A stretch of DNA of 64,000 nucleotides from Ylistrum balloti (Eukaryota). Shown here piece by piece: positions 53,310 through 64,000 of the stretch. The notes under the pieces are model-generated. The model had not been told where the DNA came from. It saw only the letters and a list, made by a program, of their open reading frames with translations, and did no database searches. The position numbers and the translations under genes are program-made. The first letter of the stretch is position 1; each line of letters starts with the position of its first letter. The stretch covers positions 434,001-498,000 of the forward strand of contig NW_026782542.1 in NCBI RefSeq assembly GCF_031769215.1. Reading direction: 5' to 3'.

Positions 53310-53398
53310 CTAGTACTTTGTACGTCAGTGCTGATGCTCGACTTCCGCTTCCGCCAAAGAACATGTAAATCTTCCCGCATCGCTTTCGCCGCCATTTT
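53310..53398 (-). promoter_or_regulatory. candidate promoter-proximal first exon: YY1/Kozak-like AAAATGGCGGC plus tandem ETS sites
   Basis: GCCGCCATTTT at 53388-53398 and ACTTCCGCTTCCG at 53341-53353 in a CpG-rich patch. The ATG at 53395 opens MAAKAMREDLHVLWRKRKSSISTDVQST up to a possible donor AG|gtgaat at 53310/53309. Confidence 0.4.
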
Positions 53399-53579
53399 AT
53401 TACATAGTCTTCCTGCTTGCAGAGCGATGATTCATTGAAATGAAATTAATAAATATTAATAGCATAGCTTATTTCTGGATATTAAGTTTGCAATGAAATT
53501 TCACATTGTGGAAAATCCATTGAACGGTTACTACAGAGCCGTCTTAAGATTTAAAAAATACCGATATATCAATATAATC

Positions 53580-53712
53580 CAAACTGAAATTCATTAAAAC
53601 TAGGGCATACTGGAGCAAAGGTAATAAATAACTAAGAGGCTTCTGAAAGAGTTCATATAGAAAAAGACCAGGTGTTCCGGAAGAGTAAGCGTCTTCTATT
53701 TCATCGACGACC
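53580..53712 (-). mobile_element. Naiad-like 3' motif and flank (solo copy, minus strand)
   Basis: Reverse complement GGTCGTCGATGAAATAGAAGACGCTTACTCTTCCGGAACACCTGGTC (53667-53712). Confidence 0.7.
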
Positions 53713-54499
53713 TAAGCATATGAATGTTTATAACGCCATTCACTTTTCGTTGAAAAGAAAGCTTTCATAATACGAGAACGAAAGCGTTCTTTCAGTTTCG
53801 AATGGGTATGGTGGAATACAGATTGGAAAACTCAGTTGGTTTATAGAAGAAATGTTTTGAGAAGAGGGTGTCGAAGATTAGTCAAAAGATATTTAGAGTT
53901 CTGTAAAATCCGTATACTATTAATTCCACTTCTTTTATAATAAGTATTAAAATAAAACCAAAATTTGAAAGTAATACGATTGGTTGCCAGTAGTTTTGAC
54001 AAAGGCTTGGTTGAATAACTAGACTAGCAAGCAAGAAAACCTTGCTTGTATGGAATTTAGTTTAGTAATCCATTATAAACGGGGAAAGTCTGCATCATGA
54101 TTTAAAGGCAATCCAAATGATTGTAATACCGAAGCATGGTTAGCCAGTATTTCTTCTTTGGAAACATTTTATGGTGTATAAGTGGGGGGTTCCTTCTTTA
54201 TTAAGCAAGCATATTTCTATTTGTTAATACAGGAAATGCAATGATGTCCTCAGACAGGAATAGAATTACTGGATGCCTTATCTACAGGCAAATAACACCT
54301 GTAAATCTTTCAAGTTGGATTTATCGTCAGGATCTAAGAACGCTAAAGTGCATTAAATAGCTGGAAAAATCTATTTATATAGAAATTATATTTTATCATT
54401 GTTGAAGTTTTATGATAACGTAAAAACGGATTTATTGTAGTCATTGAAAAGACGACGCCTCCATGTTAAAATGACTTACACTTTTTACTCTGCCAAAAA

Positions 54500-54815
54500 T
54501 GACGGCTGCACAACTTCACGGACTTAAAACTGACAATAATGACGACTGTTTCGGTTGTTGGATTAAAGTGTCAATAATGATGACCGTTTCGCTTGACGGA
54601 CTAAACTGTCAATATTGACGACTGTTTCGCTTGACGGATTACACTGTCAACATTTCTTTCCCATTTGTTGATTGACACTGTCAATAAGCACAGTTTTTCC
54701 ACTCGACGGATTACACTGTCAATGTGACTATTTCAATTGATGAGCTGAACTGTCAACGATGACGTCTGTTCACATGTCGGATTACACCATAAATAGTAAA
54801 GACTGTTTCAGTGGT
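54500..54815. repeat. degenerate 34-38-bp tandem repeat, ~8 copies
   Basis: Unit ACTGTCAATAATGACGACTGTTTCGCTTGACGGATTA. (C/G)TG(T/A)CAA occurs at 54530, 54568, 54606, 54644, 54678, 54716 and 54750. Confidence 0.85.
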
Positions 54816-57800
54816 ATAGAATTTTTGCATAAGTTAAAGTCAACAGCATTAGACAGCACCATGCTTAGGTTAAGTTTATAAGGTGAATAAAGTTAATCTA
54901 AAATATATAATTTGCCTTCATTTCCAACGAAAATAAATGCCATATACCGACAATCATGTCCATGCTGAATTAAGTTTGGTATATATTTATGTTATATCGA
55001 CATGCATTATTTACGACTAATATTTGGCGCATTATCATTTCACCTCCGCCTTGCTATGGAAAGCAAGGGAAATAACCAAGGCTGCATAATTACCCCCAAT
55101 ATTCTGTGATATATGCAAAATAAACAGCCTTGTTTTTCCATACAGATTAGGGACACTGAAGGATCTGTAAAAATCAGAAGACATTAAAACCTGGTGAAGG
55201 TAGCTTGATTTTAAAACATAATATTAATGAGTCTCGTGTGTGCATATCTATAGATTTGCATTCAAAGCATGTCCCCTGTAAAACCACAAAACTGCCAATG
55301 ATGTCCATCATCCTTTAAGAAGCCACTGCAAGGCTTTGAAATGCAGATCTGTGCTAGGACCCCGTGACTTGGGACATTGTTGCATTGCTATCTTTTTAAC
55401 CTTTGAAGACGAGTGTTACACTCCTTTAGAGCCCTTATGGGGCAACGGAAATCCTCTTAAGGTTCATTTATCACGAAATTAACTCCGAATCTTCTCGGTT
55501 ATCCGATAGAGCTTTTAACCACTAGATAGCCTAATCTCCGACCCGGATCAGAGCCGGAAATCATTGTAGGTCGGGAGAAGAGTCTGATTCGATCGGTTCA
55601 TCCCGCCGATAAATAGACGATTATTAGGTCCACGATAGGTCATGTATTTTCCTTTGTTTTGTATCTGTGACGCATTAATTTACTGAGAGATAAATCACTT
55701 ACGGCCATTTCGTGTAATATAGTTCTATCATCTGTATTTTCAGAAGAAATTACTTTGACCTCTGCTCCCAAGAGTGACTGGCAATTCCAGCTTATTTTAC
55801 ACATGGTTCCCGAATCGCCAATTGTGATGGCCGATAAAAACGTTTAGAGATATTTTTATTAAGCTAAAACTGACACTTTATCACGATATGATATACATTA
55901 CTGAAATATATGGCACGCGGTCTTGACCGTAGCTAATCGTGGGCAAATCGTCAATTCAGTTGCAGCAGGCAAAGTTTACTCGGGGTTTAATGATTGTTGG
56001 TATATTGCTTTGTAGAAGCAAAGAGCTGTTATTGGATGGCAGTATACAGTCTAATCATTTAACCATATGAAAAGAATTCGGGAAAATAGAAATGAAATTT
56101 ATGTCATTTTTTTTCTTTTTAAATACCGACAGTATTCTACCATCCAGAAGCAATTCAATATTAATATTTGCATTCAGATATAATTTTCGTCATCTAATGC
56201 ATAACAGATACATTCAAATTGCAAGTTTAAACATGTTCAGATCAAAGAATAGCCGAAATAGTAAAGCTCATCATGCTATCGTTAACAATAATTGAATGAA
56301 ATAGATAACAAAGGATAACAATTCTGACTTGATTCTTTAAGTGTATCATAAAAATCCTTAACAATGTAATTTTTTTCGCTTTGATATGTAACTTAGATAT
56401 GACGTAATCACGAAACGAAGTACCTAGGGTTTCCTCTGGAATATTTACATCACGAGGTATGTTATGATTTTCAAAATAGAATTACAATTGAAGTTATAAA
56501 TAGTTGCCTGTCCATTGGTGACAACGAGCACAAAAACATTTTATTTGTAGTTTATGAAACGTATGGAATGCCAGATCAACGGCCAACATACGACGTTGAC
56601 AAACTTTTATAATCTCGAATGTTATGGCAATAAGACGGTAAATTATGAGGTTGACATATTTTTTTCTGCAATGTTCTATCTATGTTCGTTTCTGCTTTGT
56701 CCATAATTTTTATTTCTTAAATACATCTGATCGTGAATAAGTCTATTTGTCTATTGCTTTGCCAACAATCTTCATTATATCATAGTATGTATATATTGTC
56801 TATCAAATGTCTTGAAAATATAGAAAATGTATAAAAGATAACTTTAAAAAAGATATATATATTCCCTAATATGATCATCATGGCCATACCTTGAACTTCC
56901 CCGACATTCTTTATCAACCTGCTTCTCTCGAAATACTGGATTGTGAGTTTACCTTTAAACTGATGTCATTTTGAACCCAAATCGTGAAACTGGTAACAAT
57001 CTCTTGACTACCGTTTCAAATATGACCTGCAAAAGGAAGAATGTGGGAAACAGATCGTTACTATCTAAAAATGGAAATTTTATTAATAGGTGAATAAAAA
57101 TTATCACACTTACAAAACGGTTTGACTGAGATTGCGTTGAGGTGAAAAATTGAGCTAAGCAGTTGATGTACAAGAATATGGTGTGTTTTTTTCCAATTCT
57201 TGTGGGTATTAGAAATATTATGATAAAACATTTTGTTTTCAATTAAAGACAACATAATTATCTATATACTTGAAAGTGAGATTGAAGGACTTGTTCATGT
57301 ATTTATGACCGATATTAATATGTTCTTTTAAGTTTTGACTGGTTTCGATGTTTTGTATAAATAGACTGCAGTTAATCTTTCACTCATAATAAACCTAATG
57401 AATATGGTCCTCAGCAATGACGCATTCAAAATAATGTTTGAAATTGATCATGAACTGAAAAATGATAATGATTAGGTAACAGTAAATCGTTCGTTATGAT
57501 CGTTTGCAGTACACAGCAATATAATTGACACCAGGTCCCAGTTGTTCAAAGAATATAGCTAGCCAGTGGTTAAATAGTAAGTTTTATATCACTGGAAATC
57601 AAAACTGATCCTAAAAAATTGATCTGTTGCAATATTCTACAGCGGTGTAATTTCAAAGAAATGTTACAGCTTTTTATGATTTATGTTTGATGTTTTCATT
57701 ACTGCTGGTTATTTCTAACGTCACTTTGAGTAACTGAGGCCGGGATGTCACGAACATATCAATTTGTGAGAGGCCTTGCCGTTGCTTCAATTTTTGCAAG

Positions 57801-60699
57801 TTCTTTCATAAGATTTTGTTCCCCAGTTGTTTGGTTTTTATGCCTGAAATGATTGCTCATTCAGCTAGGCACCTAAGGTACACCGGGCGGTACTAGCACA
57901 ATGCCAGATGTGCACGCAAAGAGCGATGCGCCTATGTCTCCTCCAAAACAATTCTTTAGAAGCTGACAGCTCCAAAACACGAAAAGAAGATGATTTACCC
58001 GATTGCAGTCTAAAATCGGTTACGAGGGTTGGTCTCAGTGCCGTCTCGGTATTACACAGCATTGGACAAAATACAACCATATTGTATGTACCACTTGCAG
58101 TAATTCACAAGGTGATAAGGTGTCCTGCTTCACTAATGAATTCCATTTACATCTTTACCGCTAAAGTTTTCAACACCAGTGCTTAAATTACTTTTTAAAA
58201 AAACTAGCCCAACATCATATTTTATTACCGTGCATGTTATAGAATATGTATTATGAACCTGTATGTATATAGGCGTATGAATTTGAATGATGGCCCTGTA
58301 ATTGTGATTGATAAAAGTGTGTGTGGAGTTTCTTTCAGGCTTTGAAAACATGATAATCTTAAAAGGCACTATCTGCCAGAATACAATCGTCACGTGGTAT
58401 AATATAAACAAGTAAAAACCAAAAGCCATTGAGTACATTCTTGTACACCAAGGATTTTTTTATTACTCATATAACAGATACTTAGACTGTAGTGTCTTGT
58501 TATCAGGCAAACAAATCCTTTGTCCATCTCCAGGAGAGTAAAAATCACTATCCTATTTCCTTAGCTCGATGCTAGAAATATCCTAGTAGTTACCGCTCTG
58601 TAAACACGTATAAACTTAATGGTGATTTTCTAATGAATTAGACTGACCAAGTCAGCTGCTAAGTGATATATCTTTATCTCCTTATTGTACAGTTATTGAC
58701 CCATACATAAAATGTTACGTGGACGCGGTTGATACACCAAGTACAGCGTTGTAGTGATTCTGTCGTCTCTAATAACACGAGCGGGGAATTTTCAAACATG
58801 TCTATTAATAAGTAATGAGAACGCTATTGATGTGACAACCATCCACGCAGTATTTAGTCTTCTTGGCTATAATAAACCCATAAAAGTATGGTGACTACTT
58901 TATCGGCTGTAAAATTGGAATAATGAATCTTTAAGGTCCAACACCTAAGTTCTTCTGCACTCCAGTGTTAAACATTCAGTAGAAAACACTGTGCTCCTTG
59001 GCGGACAAACATAACCATACAAATTTAATACTAGATGGAATGCATATACAAAATAATGCATTGTCTTACTCAGACTAATCGCTGATATCAGGAGACCAAA
59101 CTATGAAATCTAGAAGCCGATTTGATAAAATCTGTATTGACGTAGAGACCCGATAATTTAACAGATCTTCTAGGTTCAGGATGAGTTATGCACAAGTATT
59201 AGTTCATGTAATGCTGGGCGATATCGAAGCTAAATCGTTCAGAAAATTCAACAAGATTACAGCTTTTCGCAGTCATTCAATTTTCCCATTTATTTACTGA
59301 ATAGATACATATCAGCTTTTACCACCTACTTACATGTCACTGTGCTCAGCAGGATTATCTGTGATGTATGACACAAGGCATAATTTAATATGAAAGTAGT
59401 TGTTTTGCTACCTTTGTGTTTTCAGATATTTCTTTACACATGAATTAAAACGGAACACGTACTACGATATCTCGTAGATTTTGTTCTTGTTGACTGCATT
59501 TTAATTGACACCATGTTTCCGTTAAAAGCGTCAACAATTTTAACTCAATTTGCTCTAGTATAGATCTTCAAAATACGTGAATCCTGTCTAGGGGGTCACG
59601 CTCGAATATAAAAATTTCAGTTCGTTCCTTGATCTTGAAAAAATAATTATGAAAAATCGCAAGAAAAAAAAACAAAAATTAAAAAAAATACTCTTTTTCA
59701 ACTACCAGCACTTTATCTGCCATATCAGTTCTATTGAACAAAATTTGGAATTGCAGAGCATTGACAAATATTGAATTTAAACCATTACTGAAAATACTCA
59801 AAACGTTTTTAGCATTTTAACATTCTCTTCTCATTATCCAAGTGTGTTTTTAAATGCACTTGGATACCAAGAAGAGAACGTAAAAATCTTTATAAACGAG
59901 TTTTATCGAAGAAACAGGTTCGTCATTAAATGATGAAGAATGTTTGTAATTAACAAAAAATGAGATAAATTAGGTATGTGAACACGGCTCATCAGTAGAA
60001 AAAACTACCTCCTGTCTTTTACACAGCTTTAATTTGAAAATATGTATTTTTCCTATTTGAAAAATTGAATTTCCTCTTTATTCGTCTGTTTTCGTACCGA
60101 TCCTATATTTGACCTAATTAAAGATCCGCCCTTCTCTATCTAATATCTTAATTGTCAGTGTTTTAGGATGAATATGACATCTTTTGAACTCTATATTATG
60201 TTCACTCTCTGTGTAAGTGTCTTAGTTGAGTAGTTCGACAAGGCCAAGAGATCCTAGTTTCGTGATTTTGTGCAATGTAATTAACAAAGTGGAGGAACTG
60301 CGGTAGTGTGATTAAAACATTAATGTTGTGGGTGGGAAACTACATCACCTACGGCTACAAATAATATTGATCAATTTACAAATGTTTTACAGCCTGAATA
60401 ACAATGGTCCTCTGGGCATAGTTTTTCCCCTTGTAATGAAAAGGAACAACTAACGAGGTAATATGCAACATAAAATGAAGAAAAGGAAAAAAATGTACAA
60501 GAAATCTGAATAACAACAAAGCGGACATATTTCATATAGTGTCTATATAAACATTGTAAAATAAATAGAATAATCTAGTATTGTATGTTAAGGAATATTT
60601 ACCAGTTAAAGTATGTTCTTCATAATAAAAAAATAGTAAAGTGAAAATATTGGTAAAGCTTTAGCCTTTTTTAACGATACAAATGATGCTCTAGACTGT

Positions 60700-62130
60700 T
60701 TAAAAGATACCAATAAATCTCCAGATTGTCTTAACGTTACCAGTAAATCTCCACACTATATTAACGACACCAGTAAAGCTCCAGACTATATTAACGACAC
60801 CAGTAAATCTCCAGACTATATTAACGACACCAGTAAAGCTCCAGACTATATTAACGACACCAGTAAATCTCCAGACTATATTAACGACACCAGTAAATCT
60901 CCAGACTATATTAACGACACCAGTAAATCTCCAGACTATATTAACGATACCAGTAAATCTCCAGACTATTGTAACGTTACCAGTAAATCTCCAGACTATA
61001 TTAACGACACCAGTAAATCTCCAGACTATATTAACGACACCAGTAAATCTCCAGACTATATTAACGACACCAGTAAAGCTCCAGACTATATTAACGACAC
61101 CAGTAAATCTCCACACTATATTAACGACACCAGTAAATCTCCAGACTATATTAACGACACCAGTAAAGCTCCAGACTATATTAACGACACCATAAACCAC
61201 TATATAAATCTATATTAACGACACCAGTAAAGCTCCAGACTATATTAACGACACCAGTAAATCTCCAGACTATATTAACGACACCAGTAAATCTCCAGAC
61301 TATATTAACGACACCAGTAAAGCTCCAGACTATATTAACGACACCAGTAAATCTCCAGACTATATAATCTCCACACTATATTACCAGTAAATCTCCAGAC
61401 TATATTATTAACGACACCAGTAAATCTCCAGACTATATTAACGACACCAGTAAATCTCCAGACTATATCAACGACACCAGTAAATCTCCAGCCTATTGTA
61501 ACGTTACCAGTAAATCTCCAGACTATATTAACGACACCAGTAAATCTCCAGACTATATTAACGACACCAGTAAATCTCCAGACTATATTAACGACACCAG
61601 TAAATCTCCACACTATATTAACGACACCAGTAAATCTCCAGACTATCTTAACGACACCAGTAAAACTCCAGACTATATTAACGACACCAGTAAATCTCCA
61701 GACTATATCAACGACACCAGTAAATTTCCAGCCTATTGTAACGTTACCAGTAAATCTCCAGACTATATTAACGACACCAGTAAATCTCCAGCGTATTGTA
61801 ACGTTACCAGTAAATCTCCAGACTATTTTAACGACACCAGTAAATCCCCAGACTATATTAACCATATCAGTAAATCTCCAGACTATATTAACGACACCAG
61901 TAAATCTCCAGACTATATTAACGACACCAGTAAATCTCCAGACTATATTAACGATACCAGTAAATCTCCAGACTATATTAACGACACCAGTAAATCTCCA
62001 GACTATATTAACGACACCAGTAAATCTCCAGACTATATTAACGACACCAGTAAATCTCCAGACTATTTTAACGTTACCAATGAAGCTCCAGACTATTTTA
62101 ACTATACAATATAAGCTTTAGACTATTTCA
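60700..62130. repeat. 30-bp minisatellite, ~45 copies, homogeneous centre and diverged ends
   Basis: Unit CAGTAAATCTCCAGACTATATTAACGACAC, with recurrent variants (AAAGCT, CACACT, TATTGTAACGTTAC) and interruptions near 61190-61215 and 61360-61410. Confidence 0.98.
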
Positions 62131-64000
62131 ACAAATCCAACACTTAACTAGACCACGAATTCATTTAACAACAACTTATTTCAATAAAAAGGATAATAAC
62201 GCATTGAATTTAGCTGTTTTTCTTTGGGTTTCTATTGAAAAGACAATATTTATTTATAGTAACCTGCAATACATATACCCAAATTAGACGTCAGCACATT
62301 TATAATTTACTAGCGAAATAGGATATAGTGATTATGTTAATATGCTTTTGGTAGTTTATACAAAATTTGATGATAAAAATGTAAATAATAACGATAAATA
62401 ATGTGTTTTTGTACTGTTGAGGTTATTCTATTCTTCAAGTTCGTTCCTACACTGCCTTATGGAAATGTATTAATAGATATTTCCTGTAATAATGCACTTG
62501 TTTCGCTTTTATTTCATATCCACTATTCCGTCATTCTCGTCAATATTTTGTATAAATGTTAAATTTTGCTGTAGAATCATATCGAAGAGAGGAGTTATTA
62601 TAAGCGTTTTCGGTATTTTATTTTAAAAAATATGTCGCGTGAAAAACTATTCGCATTTCATTCGTACAACTTATGAAACTTTTTGGGTGATATAAGCTCT
62701 GAACAAATTCAGATATTTGGATGTCACTGATACGCGCAACAAAAAGAAAAAAAGGAGAACAAAAAAATTGGAAAGTGCAGCTGAAAAATAACAGCCATTA
62801 GCAAGTCTGCTATTGAGCTGACGTGTCGTCCTATGCATTGCGGAAGGCCTTTGGGTTTTCACGGATGCTTTGGTAGCAAATTCTTGCGCATTTGGAGCAC
62901 CTTAATTTTATTAGGAACATATCCTTATTACTTTCCATTGTAACAGTGCCATTCACTCTTTGTATTTCTGTCGAGATAAAACTGCCATGAAGTTTTCTCC
63001 TAAGATTGAGATGACAGCGATGTGTTTCGAATAAGAAGTATGTTTTCTAGGTTATCTAATACCGATCAAAAGCTGTTTGAATAATACGCTGTCTTTTCTG
63101 TCAACATAATTACAACGGAAAATAATTTCTTGTATCATTTTTAGAATGTTTTGGCGTTAAGAAATCAATAGCTAATTGCAACTATAGACAACAGACATAA
63201 CACATTTACTGTCATCCAGTATTTTAACATCATCATGAATTTAAACCTATATTGTGTTTTTTTAGGTTTTGTACACACAAAAATGATCATTGTAAATGTT
63301 AGATATTATCGGCCCAGACACTAACTCCAGTTAAAGGAGTTATGCACCAACTTTATTAGGTCCGTTATCAGGGCCCCCGAAATCGATAACGCACTCACAT
63401 AGAAAAAGACACAAGATAGTAAAGAGAATATACAAGTATACGCTATAAGGCTTTATCTAGAAGGAACTGCCCCTAGTCAACTATAAAACAGCTCCGACGT
63501 GTGTTTATAAAGCCATATACTTCCAAGACATCGTTTAATAGTTTAAATTATACTATAACATATACTGTAGTTGAGTGCGCTGGTATGCACGCTTCATTGT
63601 AAATTATGGATATGGGCGACAAAATATGTAATCTTTTGACTGTCATGTGTCGTTTCGCTTGTTTTTTATTCCATATATTTAATTGTCAAAATTCTAGTGC
63701 TCGTTCCGACTGATCCGACACAAACCAGTTTACCTTGGCACATACCATTTTTAAATTGCCGATTAAGTGGTGCTCATCATTGTTACTTAAATGCTTTGTG
63801 ATGTTCAACGAACATCTTTATTCTCGTTTGTATGGCTATAAAATTCAGACAATCCCCAATCAAGGACCAGGGATTCTCAATCGCGTGATAGCGAGCGGTA
63901 GGGTGTGATTCTGTGCGATCGATTTTAAAATGAAAGGCTTTAGATTTTTGCACGAAAGTTTACATGTTCTCGTTCATACTCGGTACGTTACGTCTGTGGG

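Noticed and set aside
60700-61865. Minus-strand ORFs (FTGVVNIVWR)n as real proteins; CRISPR
   Set aside because: These are a by-product of a stop-free 30-bp unit. There are no spacers, and the starts are arbitrary.
1-64000. tRNA, rRNA, snRNA, telomeric arrays, prokaryotic operons or viral genes
   Set aside because: No A/B-box cloverleaf, rRNA/snRNA signature, (TTAGGG)n run or long intact ORF was seen by eye. A tRNAscan/Infernal run would be needed to exclude diverged copies.

Overview
AT-rich eukaryotic (animal) genomic DNA, probably a mollusc or similar marine invertebrate; the taxon is inferred only from the transposon families. I found no intact, identifiable host gene, rRNA, tRNA or CRISPR array. 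The window is a transposon and repeat graveyard. It holds: (i) one full-length but frameshifted Tc1 (DD34E) DNA transposon with TIRs at 48.8-50.3 kb; (ii) seven fragments of one RNase H-bearing I-group LINE family, all from its 3' end and mostly with (TAA)n tails; (iii) a decayed Penelope-like (Naiad-type) reverse transcriptase, whose 3' flank carries a conserved ~55-nt motif found five times in the window; (iv) minimal hammerhead-ribozyme motifs of the Penelope type, two of them in the arms of a ~415-bp inverted repeat; (v) several minisatellites (30, 38, 38, ~50, ~103 and ~145 bp units); and (vi) scattered exon-like segments with good splice sites but mostly broken frames, plus one promoter/first-exon candidate. 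Most ORFs in the supplied track are by-products of repeats or chance. The best leads are the RNA-structure elements. Both resemble published systems, and I cannot show they are new without database searches.
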